DNA of 64,000 nucleotides from Vicugna vicugna (Eukaryota), in NCBI GenBank assembly GCA_013265495.1, contig MU058793.1:312001-376000 (forward strand). The letters are read 5' to 3'. This document shows positions 1 to 14,835 of the stretch, piece by piece (position 1 is the stretch's first letter; each line of letters opens with the position of its first letter). The notes under the pieces were generated by a model. That model saw nothing but the letters and a program-made list of their open reading frames with translations. It made no database searches and was not told the origin of the DNA. The position numbers and the translations under genes are program-made.

Positions 1-346
1 GTTGTGAACTGGTAGGAAGATGAATTGAAAGTACACACCTGTGTCAGCGAGAGCTCGCGCCGAGCCCAGACCCCCGTCTCCACAAAGGCTCTGCAAACCC
101 TGCATCTCAGAGACAAAAAGAGAAAGAGCTTCCTCTCTGTCAAATCTCCAGAAAAGTTTCTACTTCATTTCAGAGTCTCTAACAGGATGAAAAGCACCAG
201 CGGAAATGTATGCTGAAGGTGGAGTGGGGGGACTTAAAGGGAGGGGGTCACACATGTGTCTTTTATATAAAGCACCCCACATCTGTGTAGAGAACTTAGT
301 GTTATCCAAATGTTTTTCAGATATCAAGATAAAAACATAGCTTTAA

Positions 347-816
347 TGGAATACTACTCAGCCATAAAAACTGACAACATAATGCCATTTGCAGCAACAT
401 GGATGCTCCTGGAGAATGTCATTCTAAGTGAAGTAAGCCAGAAAGAGAAAGAAAAATACCATATGAGGTCGCTCATATGTGGAATCTAAAAAACAAAAAC
501 AAAAACAAACAAACAAACAAAAACAAAGCATAAATACAGGACAGAAATAGACTCACAGACAGAGAATACAGACTTGTGGTTACCAGGGGGGTGGAGGGTA
601 GGAAGGGATAGACTGGGATTTCAAAATTGTAGAATAGATAAACAAGATTACACTGTATAGCACAGGGAAATATACACAAAATGTTATGATAACTCACAGA
701 AAAAAAATGTGACAATGAGTGTGGATATGTCCATGAATGACTGAAAAATTGTGCTGAACACTGGAATCTGACACAACATTGTAAAATGATTATAAATCAA
801 TAAAAAATGTTTAAAA
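347..816 (+). mobile_element. 5'-truncated young LINE-1 (camelid-type ORF2 end + 3' UTR) with poly(A)
   Basis: Starts in the L1 ORF2 C-terminus (atggaatactactcagccataaaa...gcagcaacatggatg) and ends in an A tail. Flanked by the 16-bp TSD aaaaacatagctttaa at 331-346 and 817-832. Confidence 0.93.
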
Positions 817-1607
817 AAAAACATAGCTTTAACATGAGGGAGTTGTGCAGAAAGGTGACTTTTCTGGCTTGAAAATGAGAAAAAGAAATTACTTCTGTGA
901 GTGCTTGGCCCCATTTAAAAATTTTTTTTCTCGTCACCTCCTCTTCAAGGGAAGACCATAATACACATAAAGAAATCCACCTTTTTTCAAGTTTCCAATG
1001 AGAAACTAAAGGTGGGAAATGAATCTAGAATGGAGGTAAGATCTCTAGACTAATAATTCACTTCTTTTCATCTCCCAAAATGTAGGTGGGAGACAGAATC
1101 TTGGTGAGTATTCTCAACAGCAAAGTGGTGCACACCTACAAGGCCCATCTCCAAGCTGGAAGAGCTACGAGACCTAAGGGTTGATTTCTTATTTTTCCAT
1201 TCCAGGAGGATCTGGATTAGCCATTAAACCATGCCACCAAGTGACCTAAGGAAAAGGACAGGAAATCCTGTTCCCCAACCATGCACCTCTCAAGGAATTT
1301 GATGCTTCAATATTAAATTTTCATGTTTTATTCCTGTCCATGCCTTCACCTGCATTTTCTCAACCCCTAACCCTTCTCCTGGCTGCCTTCCTAAGCTACT
1401 TATTACCAGAAACCTCAATTTAAATTTCTTTATTCCTCTTCTCATTCACCCATTTTATAATCTGCCGTGTCACCAACTGGACCCTTCAAAAATTTTGCCC
1501 TGACTCGCTAAACTCCGCAACTCTTCCATGTCTTTTAAGTGCCTCCTTAAGTCAAAAACCGTTACCTGGCATTTTATCCTTAATCCTTTCTATTCTTCTC
1601 CTTTAGG

Positions 1608-1742
1608 TAGGGTGACCATATAGTTTATTGTCCAAGCCAGGACACTTATCTCTGGGACAAGTGCTGACTTGAGTGGGGATTCTTGAACAACAAGCATAAG
1701 TCTGGAATGTCCTGGGAAAACTGAGGTGTAAGGATCACCCTC
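1608..1742. mobile_element. hAT-type MITE (MER96B-like)
   Basis: Terminal inverted repeats tagggtgacc...gatcaccct with internal gggaca/tgtcc repeats. Family name from recall. Confidence 0.6.
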
Positions 1743-2979
1743 CCTGTAGACATAGCTTACTTACCTCCAGGAAAATTGGGTGCTCATTATTCACCAAATA
1801 GGACCTGAACCTGACTGCCTCCGTCTTTGCACATGACTTGTCATCTGCAGAGAGTATTCTCCACCATATTGCTACCATTTCCAACTCCGCCATCCTTCCA
1901 CATGTGCCAAAGGAGAGCTCCTGACTCAAACAGTCTTTACTGACACCTTTCCAATGCCAGAGTGAAAAGTTATAACTCCCCCCTTCCTCCCACTGAATGC
2001 CATCTGTAACCCTTTTATGGGCTCTTGTATGGAACTTAACTATAACACACATACAAAGATATAAGGGACTGAAGTGAGTGTGCGTGACCAAGTCACAGGT
2101 GTAGCCACTTATGTAATACAAATGCAAAAAAAAAAAAAAAGAATGGGTGTTCATACTTTAAAAAGAATCAATAAGTGATGAGTGACCTAAAAATGGCTAT
2201 CAAATTAGGCTGCAAAAATATAAAAGGGGTCTGACTCAATTGCCTCTTGAGTTCCATTAAGTTCTCACTCCTCTCTAAAGAGACTGAAGTAAAAAAAAAA
2301 TCGCAGCCAATATATACCACAGCTATGGTTTAATGCAAGAAAGGCAATATGAAACTGCAGTTAGGGAACCCCTACCTAAAGAAAAAGTCTTGGCCCTAGA
2401 GACAAAGACTGTCAATGTAGATTACATATTTGTGGAGGGTAGGGTGGACGTGTTTAGTTAAAACAAACAGCTTAAGGTCTCTAAGGTATCAAATGTTTTA
2501 TCATTCCTGGAATTAACTTTTTCAATTTTCTGAAAAACCTACAAGTCCAATTACAGCTGATTTAAAGGGTAAATGAAAGTCTTGATTTGTTCTTTTACCA
2601 AGGAGCCTAGAATGCTGTCTTGGTGTAGTGTGCCCTTCATTTAACTAGAATTTTCACCCAGAATCCATATAATTTCTTCAGCATCAGTTCTATTTGTAAT
2701 GAGGGATTAGGATTTGGGGGGAAAATACAAGAGGACAGATGAACTAAATATCTATTGTGAAACTAGTATTACATAGCAATAAATTGTTCTTGTTTCAATT
2801 ATTTTTAAGGGCAAGAACCTACCATGTGCCGACACTTTCATTGGCATATTACGTGTTTTCATGCTTTCATTCACTTAGTCTTATAGAAACTATCATCCCA
2901 ATTTTATGGACAGAGAGGTTCAGATCACTGAATGTGTTCTTCAGAGTAGAGTTACTTCAAGTAAGTTTTGAAATAGTTA

Positions 2980-3555
2980 TGTCCCAGTTACTATTGCTGT
3001 GTGTGGAAAAGCTACCCTATAATTCAGCATCTTAAAACAACTATTTTTTTTCATGCTCACATATTCTGTGAATCAAAATCTAGACAGGGCCTAGGGGGAA
3101 CAGTTTATCTCTACTCCGTAGTGTCTGAGGCCTCAGCTAGGAATTCTTGATGGTGAAGGATGACTTGATGGCTGAAATCTGAAATCACCTGGAGGCATGT
3201 CCACTCAGGTCTGACAGTTCATGATGGCTGCTGGCTGGGACCTCAGGTGGAACTGTTGGTTACAGCCCCTACTGCATGAGGCCTGGGCTTCCCCATAAAT
3301 GGCAGCCTCAGAGTGGTTGAACAGCATAATTGGCAGCTCTAGGCTCCAAAGGCAGATACCTCAGCAAACAAAATAAAAGTTGCCTACTTTTACTACTTAT
3401 GGTAGGAAATCGCACAGTGTTACTTCTTCCACATGCTATTGGTTCCAACTGAATCATAAGCCTGTCTAGATTCAAGGGGAAAAAAAAGAGCAAAGACATA
3501 GATCCCTTCTTTCAATGGGAGTAGTGTCAAAGTTTTGTGGCCATTAGTTTAAACC
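2980..3555 (-). mobile_element. MaLR solo LTR (MLT1 family)
   Basis: Typical MLT1 motifs: cagttactattgctg, cttaaaacaact, cacatattctgtg, gcctcagct, gattcaagggg. Confidence 0.75.
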
Positions 3556-4449
3556 ATCAGAAGATAAAAGTAATAAGTTTAAAGTGCCTTTAGAGCAAGG
3601 CTGCTTCTGTGATATGTTTTTGCTACTCACAATATTGTAGGCATTATCTTTATTAGGAAAATGTTTCAATTTAAAAAATAAGAAGGATGAAGTATTGAGG
3701 AAGGGGTTCTGAATTCAGATGAATACACAGGCCATGCAGCTAATACAAATGCATAACAGGGGTCAAGTTTATTAGATGAGAGATTCCCTCATCAAAGAGA
3801 AACTGAAAATCTGGATTGTTATATGAAATCTCCTGATTTTTAAAACACTCTGTGGACAGGAAGGACACTGCACACAAGCCACCAGTTTGCTGTTCTTGTA
3901 ATTAATAGATAATACTATTGTTTATTTGACAAATATCTATGAAAGCAATTACCATTTGCCTGGGAGTTTTCACAGCCCTCTGAGTCACTGACAAGCTAAC
4001 TCCTATTCTTTATGAGGAATGAGTTTTCCCATATCATAAACAAAATTCCCTGGTTAGAAGAAAACAAGTTTACTCTTATCTTGAGCATCGACTTTGTAGA
4101 AACAGAAATAACTGCCCATCTGTTCTAAAACTTTACAGAATCATTATTTGTTCCATTAGCATCATAGACGGGCTGTCATCCGTAATTGTCCTATAGACTG
4201 AGAATACGTTCACCGATATTTTGTCAAATTTAACTGCCAGAGTTCTGAAAGATTAGTCAATCAGGATTTACTGCTACACTCACACCTTGCACCTTAATGT
4301 TAGAACATTTTAGAAGTAAAATGTTCATTATCTTTTGCAATGAACATGTAATGAATATGCCATAACCTACTGTGCTAAGTCAGCCCAAGAGATATCTAAA
4401 AGCCAAAGGGATCACATATTATTAGCAACCCTTTCTGTTACTATAAATC

Positions 4450-5285
4450 ATTTATTTAAAAAAATAATCTTCAGGGCTTTCATTTTCAGCCATGATGTAG
4501 TAACAAGAGAACTTTGCTCCTGAAATCACTGAAAGACAGACAAAAGACATGAAATAATGGTTTTCAAGACATTGGACATCAGTCAACAAAGGACAGAGGT
4601 CCCTGACAGGCAGGAAACAAATGAAAAGAACCCCACAGTTTCCCCAGCTTACTCCAGTGAGAGAGTTTCTAGTCCATGGAACAGGAAGGGGAAATCCAGG
4701 CAGTGCAGGCAACCTCCCTGATTGAGGATATGAACATCAGGGTCCAAGGACAGCGTGACAGCTAGTGTTTGCAGGCAGAGTACCAAGAGGAAAGGCTCAC
4801 ACAGAAAAAGATTCTGTAGCTCTGCAGGGAGTCCTCCTGGAGAATGCAGCATATTACTGACAAGTATCTGGTATCCAATCAAAAATTACCAGGCATGCAA
4901 AGAAATGGGAAAAATAGAATCCATTATGAGGAGAAAAATCGATCCATTGAAACCAACCCATAACTGACCCAGATATTAGAATGAACAGAAAGAAACATTA
5001 AAATTATTATAACGCATTCTATATAGTAAACAGAAATAAACAGAGGAACGATTGTACTTGTCAAGTAGGAACATGAACTTGGAAAAATAAGAACTACAAT
5101 GTGTAAGAGGAAAAGTACTGGATGGGATTAAAGACAGATTAGACACTGCAAAAGGAAAAATTTGTGAATTTAATGACACAAAAATAGCAACTATCAAAAA
5201 TGAAAAAGAGAAAGAAAAAAAGAAAAGAAAACTGAGCAGAGTGTCAGTGAGCTGCGGCACTACTTCAAGGAGTGTGACCCGTGTG
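4450..5285 (+). mobile_element. old LINE-1 fragment (5' UTR/ORF1 region)
   Basis: A-rich strand with L1M ORF1-like text (agattagacactgcaaaaggaaaaatttgtgaa; cagagtgtcagtgagctg). Confidence 0.65.
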
Positions 5286-8200
5286 TCATTAGAGTGCTTT
5301 GATTTTCTGAACACTGCATGCCAAATCTCTGATTTTTCTGTTCCTTAAAACACTTTTCAGTCTTAGGATGAGAGAAGGAGTCTCTAAACTTCCAGTTTTG
5401 CTTCAAAGATACCTCTCAGGGAATCTGAACTCCTTAAGTCTATCTAGCATCAGAGTGTCAGTGGAAACTATCAAAAGAAGGCTGATGTTTACAGGAAAAC
5501 ACAACACAAGGAACATTCAAAGAGAAAAATTCCCTTCACTTTTCCTTGCATAGATATGATTTCTCCCATTAACACTTGTACTATATTCATCAAGAGTCAA
5601 GACCGCTTTCTTGATACATCCACGACATGCATGGCTTTAGTATGCAATTCAGCATAGAGTAGAGGTAGTCTGGGTTAAAAATCTGACTCCAGTACAAACT
5701 TGTTGGGTTTTAAATAAAACCTCTCTGTCTCTGTTTATCAAACAGACAGAAAGATCAAATCTAATTCACAAGCTTGTTGGGAGGATTCAATGAGACATTC
5801 CGTTTGAAGGACTTTGTTTTGTGTAGTACCTAGTGTGTAATTCAGTGTTCAATAAATAGTAATGGTGTCCACAATGATTAATTGTTGATTAACGTTATTT
5901 GTGACACCTGACATCTTTTCACCTTTCATATTGACTTCAAAGTCTTTTAGGATCTGGCATATGGGAAGTATGGGCTAGGAACTGTATGGCATACAAAAAT
6001 AATGCATAATACTTGCATTTTACTGTTTACAGTTTACCAGGAAGATGAAAGGGTGAAAAGGGTATTTATAGCTTTATTCTGGCTCCTACAGGCAATCCTC
6101 TTGGCTATAGTTAGGAAAATCCACTAGACCACTGACATTAGTAAGGTCATGTGTTTGTGCCACAGAAGATACACCTCACTGCTCTGCCCTCCCTGAGTTT
6201 CCTTCTCCTGTGTTCAAGAAGAAAGCTGAGCCTGGGATGAAAGGTCAATCAGCCATGTTCCTTGGAACAAGGTACATGAGCGGACAGCAGAGGGACAGCA
6301 GTGCTAGGGCCAGCTACTGTGGGGTCAAGGGCTGAGTAATCCTATACCCCTGAGGCTGACCTGAGCTGGTACATTGTTCAATCTCTGTGCCATAGAAGAG
6401 GTAGCATGCCTGAGCCCCTGAAAGCTTTCTCATGGCAAAAGAAGAAAGGGAAGCTGTCAGCTCAAAAGTGTTCAATCAACAGAGAGCCTCCTCATTCACG
6501 TAACATGAGACCTGGGAGAAAAAGGCAAGGGAAGAGCTGGAACCCAGTCAGGTTTTTTTTTTTTTTCTTTCTTCCTTTCTTTTGCCAAAGCTCTTATTGG
6601 GTGTAGGGAGAGCGAGGAAAGGGGAAGGGTTGCATGTCACAAAATAGACTGCTCAGAGCTGTTGCCAAGTTGGTACCTTAGAATTACTGAGTTGCAGGGG
6701 TGGCAGGTAGAGGTCTGAGGCCTCTCCCCAGATCCCAGTAGATGAGGGAAAATGATCCTTTCAAAACCATTTGCTCAGTGAGTGCAAAGCACACCACCAA
6801 GAATCAGTGCCAAGAGTTTTTTGGGGGGACTTTTTTGCTACATTTAGGGGGAGGGGTAAAAATAACAATAGAAAGTAAAGGAGATATTAAAGAGGCAAAA
6901 ACAGAGTGTATAGATATATAGTGAAGTGGGCTGAAAAGAACCTTCACTTAGCAGCTTGTAGAGAGTTTTTCTCAAGGTAGGGGACTGCATTTGTAAGCAG
7001 TGTATGTCTCCAGACTGCTCTAGATGGGAGGTTCTACAAGGAGACAGAAAAATCAGAAGACAGGGAAACTTGTCTGCAAAGGAATTCTAAAGGACTGAGA
7101 ACTGGACAACCCAGCAAGGAGTAAGGTGAGAACAGCGTGATGGGAGGCAGAAGCATACAGTGAAGAGTGATCACTGGGAAATTATGGTAGAATTTAAGAA
7201 GATTTGATGTCTAAATTTAAGTTGCTTGCAATTTTGATATGCCAACATCTCTGCCACCCAGACATCTGCCAGCAAGACGTACCCAACACACCCATTCCTG
7301 GTGACAATGATTTGGAGGTAATCAAGGTAACAGTATTGTGTTCCTGATTTGGAAGGCAGGGAAAGAGAAGAGCTGACAGATGTGAGAACTGAATATGGCT
7401 GAGGGTTCACTGAGGGCAGAACCAGCCATGAGAGAATTTTCACATACTCCCTTCTTCTCACTGCCATGTCTTCTGCCCCCACCTCGGTACACACACTCAA
7501 ACAAGAATCCCAAGGGAAAAAACAAAACAAAACTCTGTCCTTTCTCTCTATATGTGGGATGCAGGTTTGTGCCAAATTTTATTTAAATCCAAAGGACAGA
7601 GTGATCCCAGCTAATCCTTGAGTTAAATTAATTAGCACACAAAGCAAAACTTGGTCCCCGAGAACTTCTTGAATGAGTTGAGTGTATTAGACAGGACTCT
7701 TTTGGCTGCAAGTTGGCTTAAGCACAAAAAGAAATTTGTTGGCCCAGGAAACCCAAACCATGGAAAAAGTAGGAGTGGAAACAGTTTCACGATGGCCTAA
7801 TCCAGACACTCAAATATCACGGGGACTCTTATTTCCCATCTGTACCTCTCTTGGTGGATCTGTTTCATTCTTTTCCACCACAAAGAGAACTCACTCCTAC
7901 AGTTTTTGATGTCAGCATGCAGAGGAAGATGATTTTCCTAAACCAATAAAATACATCCAAAAAGGGGGAGGGGAGGAGAACATTAGACAGTGGCCGTCAT
8001 CATCAACCATATCTTTAGATACTGAAGCCAAGCTTTTTGACTTTCACTGTAGAGAGACTGGTGGTGCCTCTTAAGAGCCCAGAGAAAGTAATCATGGAGG
8101 ATATGGATTCTAAGTAAACCTAGACTCAGAGCAATGACTGTAAGCCTCAAACCATCCATGTCGGGGTGGACATGGGTATCATTTTCCAGAGTATATGTGA

Positions 8201-9439
8201 TCACATCCTTGTCCTCTCCTATCCCACCATGTATATCCCATGTAAAAATGTTCCATTCCCTCATCTTGTTCTTATAACAGTTCTTCACAAAGTTCGTGAG
8301 GCCTTCCCTAACCTAATTCTCCATCCTGTTTCGTCCTCTTCTGGTGTCATTCTCCTCTGAACTCCCTCACTAACCACCTCATCAACCATATTAGTAACCG
8401 AACATGCCACTCTCATCACACCACAGGGCCACTGAAACTGCTGTCCTCTCTACCCTTTCCTCACTAGTTGGCCAATTTAGTTCTCACTCATTATTCAGAT
8501 CTCAACTCAAGCCATGATTGACCACCTTCCTCCCTCACCTCTCCCAGTTAGATTGGATCCCTGTTATATGTTCAGAAAAGACTATGTACTTTTTCTTCAG
8601 TGTAACCTTCATAATTTGTAATTGTATGTTTAGATGATTCTTTGATTAATGTAACCTCCATGATGGCAGGAATCATGTCTATTTTACTCACCATTGTTTC
8701 TATGGCACTTAACACATGTCCTGGCACATTAATACATTTTTAAAAATTAATTAATTAATTAATCAATAGACAAATCAAGAAATGAACTGGTGGGTAAATG
8801 CATGAGGAAGTAGCATTAGAGCAATAATCAAGAATAGTGGACTTTGGGCATTCTACATTTCCGTTTAAATTAAGGAGGAGGGAATATTTACAGTGCTCCC
8901 CACATGTGACTGATACTGGGCTAAATATTTCATACTGGATTTAAATTCAGATCATCCTGATTCTGATGCTCTATGGTATTTTTAATCTACTCTTTAGCCT
9001 TTTACAAAAAAAAATGGTAAGTTAAACACCGAGGGCATTGGGAAATGCAAAAGGTAAACTCACTCCTTATACTTTATGGAGCCAACGGACATTCGTTTAT
9101 ATTAATAAAACACCTAGATACCACTTCCTAGGTGTCAGACAAAGTTCTAACGCTTTATGAATATTAACTCATACAATATTAACCTTATGGAGTATCTTCT
9201 GTTATTTTCAAAGACATCTTTTTCAATCACAGAAATCAAGTAACTTGCTAAATGTTGCACATCTCAAATGTGATAGAATCAAGATTTGAACTCAAGCAAA
9301 TGGCTCTAGAATTCACGTGTTTTACTATCATTCTATGTGATTTTCATAATTTAAAAAAGGGCCAGAGCTTAGCTAATGCCTCAAAAGATCCTTTTTCCTT
9401 TGCCAAAAATAAAGGTGTGTTCAAGTTCTGTTCAAAATG

Positions 9440-12400
9440 AAGTGAACACTCAATGAAACTAAAAACTGTGGACAAAATCCATGAAGAAGCAGGCAGAGTA
9501 GGGGTGGAGACCAGAATTCTAAGTACTACCATAGTAGAAGTAAGCTCCCTACTTTCCCTCTTCCAGTATTGCTTGATCTAGATTCAAAGGCATTTTGAAA
9601 CCCAGAACTGCATATGGAGAGCAGACAGGAAGAGCTACAAAAGAGCTCTATTTCTGGTCCAAAGAACGGAAAGGGGGCCCTCTGGATAACACAGACTAGA
9701 GAAAATTCCATTTTTTCCCATTTTCCCTGGCTCTAGCCCCAGGCAACCACACAGTGCTGGTGGTAAAAGGGGTACCAGAAGCTGAGCAGGTGTCTAAAAC
9801 TCAGAGAGGAGGAATTTTTTTTTTTCTGACCAGAGAGACTGGTCTCAAGAGCAAATGCTCATCACTCTTTTCCCCTGTGTGTTCTCCTGCCATTTACCCA
9901 AGAAGCAGATAAAAGGTGGGGAGAGTATGGCAGGAGAAATTAAGTGATAGCTTTCTAGTTAGTCAAAAGACCAGAAAAGGAAATTTTTTGTAAGCTATTT
10001 AATGTCGAGGAGGTCACAGAAGTAGAGAGCTTGAGAAAGTTGACAAATGCCTGTACTCACCCTGAGCTATGCATACATACATGGATCTGATCCCAAACAA
10101 CATTCCCAAAACTTTAAGAACTTAAACTATATAGTAGGCCACTGCCCCATTCCCAAACAGACACCTAGACAGCACGCATGTGAGGAAGATCAAAATATCA
10201 CTGCAAAGGCTTTGAAACTGCTGCCTTTGGAACAATAGCTCAGAGGAGGCAGGCAGAAACTTGCCATCTGAACAAAATCAGGTTGACTGCCTGGTAAAAC
10301 AATCAAACAAATGCATAACATTCTCTGTATGATGTAATAAAAGCAAGAGTGTCCTAATATAATATTCAAAAAGGCCAGGATATAACTCAAAATAAATGTA
10401 CCTACAAATAACCAGGAAAATCTTAACATCTGGAAAGGGAAAAGACAATCAATCCATATGGATGTTGGAATTACCAGACATATGCTTTAAAGTATCTACC
10501 TTAACTATGGTCCAAAGAGCAGGGTGAATAACCTTTAAAAACTGAAACACAGAAGATTTCAGCAGATAAATAGAAGATTACAAATTTTAAAAGAATCCAA
10601 CATAAATATTAGAACTAAAAAGCATATCAACTGTCATAAAATATTTACTTGATGGACTTGATAGCAGAATAGGGATGACAGGAGAAAAAGTTGGTGAACT
10701 TAAAGATCAATAGAAACATTAAATGTAAATAACAGAGAAAGAATATTGGGGGTAAAAAGGATGAACAGAGTCACAGAGACCTGTGGGACAATACCAAAAG
10801 GTCTAATATTCATGTCATCAGAATCCACAATGAGATTATAAAGAGTGTGGTACAGAAAAAAAAAATTAAGGAATTAATGGCTGAAAACGCCCCAAACTTG
10901 ATTCAAAACATAAATTAACAGATTTAAGAAGCTCAGCAAACCTTAAACAGAATAAAATTAAATAAATCCATTCTTGTTTACATCATAATCAACATGCTAA
11001 AAATTAAAACAATAAAAATGTTCTGAAAGCAGCCAGTGAAAAACCAGGCATTGCATACAGAGGAAGAATTATTTGAATGAAGCAAATTTCTCACCTGACG
11101 CTAGGAAAGCCAGCATACAGTGGAACAATATATTTAAAGTGCTGGAGGAAAAGAAAAGAATTTGATATTGATAATCTTTAGAGCTAAAGATGAAATAATG
11201 ACATACTGAGGTAAAGGAAACTGAAAAAAAAATCTCCTGAAGATCTGATTTTAAAAACATACTACAGGAAGTCCTTCAGAGTGAAAGAAATTGATCACAA
11301 GGAACCATGAAACACCAGAAATGAAGGAGGAATAAAAGAAGTGGTAAATATTCGGGTAAATGTAATAGATTATTTTTTTCCTCTTAAGTTCTTCAAATAG
11401 ATATGATAGTTGAAATCAGAAAAGTAGCTCTTTCTGATGGAATTTTTAATGAATATAGATATAATGCATATGAAAAATACAGTATGAACAAAAGAGGATG
11501 AAGTAATCTGTATGGTAGTAAGGTTTATATATTCCACCTAAAGTAGAAAAATGTAATTCTGAGTAGCCCATAGAAAGTGAAGCATGTACATTTTAACCCC
11601 TTAAGCCACCACTAAAGAACTATAAAAAGAGGCAGTTAAAAGCTCAATGAATAGATTAAAATGGAATAATAAAAATATTAAAATAGTCCAAAGAAGGCAG
11701 GAAAGGGACAATAAAGAGACAAAAATAGAGGAAATAGAAAATAAATCATAAAACAGTAGAGCTAAATCTAAACATATCAATAATTCCTTTAAATGTAAGT
11801 GGTCTGAATACACAAATTAAAAAGATAGATTGTCAGAATGGATTAAAAAAAACAAGACCCAACTATATTCTGCCTACAAGAAACTCATTTTAAATATAAT
11901 AATACAGCTATGTTAAAAGTAAAATGATGGAGAAAAAATGCCCTGCTAATGCTAATGAAAATAAATATGAAGAGGTTAATTATTATCAGACAAAGAAGAC
12001 TGTTGCAACAAAAATTACCAGGGCTAAAGAGGGATATTATAAAAGATAAAAACATCAATTCACCAAGAAGACATACAGTCCTAAATATGGTTAAATCTAA
12101 CAATAGAGACTCAAAATTTATGAAGCAAAACTTACATAACTGTTAAGTAGAAACAAGCAACACCACAATTACAGTTGCAAATTTCAGTATTCCTCTATTG
12201 GTAATCAATCAAACAAGTAGAAAAATCAGCTAGTTTATTGAAGAACTAAACAACACCATCAACAAACTAAAACTAATCGATATTTAAAGAACATTACACC
12301 AAACAGTGCAATACACATTCTTTTAAAGCAGCTATGGAAAAATCATGAACCTAGACTATATCCTGGGTCATAAAACAAACCTTAACAAATTGAAAGGATT

Positions 12401-14835
12401 TGAAATAATATAAATTATATTCTCTGATCATAATGGAATTGTTAGAAACAAATAACAGAATGACAGCTGGAGCTCTCCCAATAAATAAAAGTTAAACAAC
12501 ACACTTTGACATAATATATAGGAAAATATCAAGATAAACTGAAAACTATTTTGAGTAAAAAAATGAAAATACAACATAACAAAATTTGTGGAAAGAAGTT
12601 AATTCAAGGATTACAGAAACATTTATGGCATTAAGTACTTGTATTAGGAAATAAGAAAAATCTGAGATCAACAGTCTATGCTTTCACCAAATGAATTCAA
12701 AAAAGAGCTAAATGAATCCAAAGCAAACAAAAGGAAGGAAATAATAAGGATAAGAACAGAAATCACTGACATAAAATTAAAAAAAAACAATAGAAAGAAT
12801 CAATAAAAATGAAAGCTGGTTCTTTGAAAAGATCTATAAAATTAATACATCTCTAACAATATTGGCAAAGATAAAAGAGAGAAGACATTTCCAATATCAG
12901 GAACAAAAGACAGACTATCACTGCAGAACCATGGTCTTTAAAAGAGGACAGGAAGTGATACTTTCACTAATTTTTGAGGCTAGCAATAACCTCATACCAA
13001 CAAAAGTAAACAAACAAAAAAACCCTACAAACCATTATACCTCATGAACACTGAAAAAATTCCTAACAAAATAATAGCAAATCAAATCCAACAATGCATA
13101 AAAAGAACTATATACCATGACAAATGGGTTGAATCCCAGGAATGCAAAACTATTTCAACATATGAAAATAACTCAGTGAAATCTATCATATTAATAGACT
13201 AAAAAAGAAAAATATATAAACATATAAATGTTTGCATAAAAGCAGAAAGATCAATGTCATTTAAAATAAAAAGGATCATCACCAAACTAGGAATGGAAAC
13301 AAATGCTCTTAACCTAATAAAAGGCATCCATAAAAACACACTGCTAATAACATAATGGTGAAAGACTGAATGCTTCTTTTCCTGAGATCAGGAACAAGGC
13401 AAGCTTGTGCCCTCTCCTCACTCCTACTCAGTATTACACTGAAAGTCATAACCAGTGCAGTAAGTCAAGCACAATTAATAAAAGACACACCTTTTTTGTA
13501 CTTTTTTTTCGCAGAGTAAGTAAATTCATTTTTCATCTAATACCAGCTCAAGTATTTTACTAGATTTAATAGTACCCAAATCATCGTTACTGGCATGGTG
13601 ACAGATCAATTTTGGCTAGATGACTAGGAAATAGTCACTTAAAATATCCTTTGCCCAGACATCCCTTTTGAGATCTATACCAAACTTTGCATCACATTCT
13701 TGTTTGTTTGTTTGATTACCGGGCTTCTATTATGCACTTCATTCACCATAAAGTGCAGATAGGGATATAGAGCACATAGGGTGGGTGTTATGGACTTATG
13801 GATCTTCAAAGCTCCATTATGGATAAAGTTATTAGGAGGATTACTAAGATAAAGTGAAGTGGGCAAGGAGGGAACAAGTATGCCTCTTTGTCAGGAGAGG
13901 AAGCTAAGTTTCACATATTCAATGAATTTTGAATCACTACACACATATTGGAAAAGAAAAATTAAAGTGTCCCTATCTACAGATAACATATTTGTCTATG
14001 TTAAAAAAAAAGCAAAACATTCAAAAGACAAATCCTTAAAATAATAAGAGTTTAGTAAGTATAAAAGGCTACAAAAATATCAAATTTCTATAGATTATCA
14101 ATGAAAAATCAGAAAGTGAAATTTGGAAAACAGTATCATTTAAAATAGCTCTGAAATATGAAATATTCAAGGATACACCTAACAAAGTATATGTAACTTC
14201 TGTTTGCTGAGAACTACAAAATACTTGTGAAATAAATCAAAGAAGTTCTAAATAAGTGCAGAGACAGATCATATCCATTGTTTGGAACACTCGAATGGTT
14301 GAAATGTGAATTGTCACCAATTAGATTTATAGATTTGATGCATTCCAATCAAATGCCTGCTGGAATTGTTTTTTTTTTTTTTTGCAGATATATAAATAAG
14401 TTGATTCTAAAATTTATATGGAAAGGCAAAGCAACCAATGAGTAGAAAAATAACTTGTGTTACATTCATACAAGGGAATTTTTAACCAGAAAAAGGAATG
14501 GGGTTCTGATACATGCTGCAACAAAGATGGACATTGAAAACATAATTTTAAATGAAAAGAACCAGTCACAAAGGGCCACATTTTGTGGGATTCCATTTAA
14601 ATGAATTATCCAGAACAGGCAAATCCACACACACAGAAATTAGATTAGTAATTTCCAGGGGATGCCAGGAAGGGGAGAAGGAAGAGTAACTGCTAATGAT
14701 TATGAGATTTCATTTGGGGGTATAAAAGTATCCTGAAATTAATGTTAATGGCTGTAAAAGTTCATACAAAAAAGACCCATTAAATTGTATACCTTAAAAG
14801 ACTGAATTTTATGGTATGTGGATTATTTCTCAATT
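9440..14835 (+). mobile_element. degraded near-full-length old LINE-1 (L1M), interrupted at 13491-13938
   Basis: ORF1 remnants (gacctgtgggacaatacc, gaagctcagcaaacc), ORF2 endonuclease start (aatgtaagtggtctgaat...gacccaactatattctgcctacaagaaactca), RT-region remnants and a 3' UTR ending ~14835. Many stops. Confidence 0.85.
13491..13938 (-). pseudogene. putative 5'-truncated poly(A)-tailed retrocopy (unidentified non-coding/3' UTR sequence) inserted antisense into L1 ORF2
   Basis: Poly(T) at 13492-13509, an AATGAA variant ~15-20 nt upstream of the tail on the - strand, and an acacac duplication at 13485-13490/13939-13944. The L1 reads continuously across it (aaagacacac|atattggaaaag). Confidence 0.6.
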
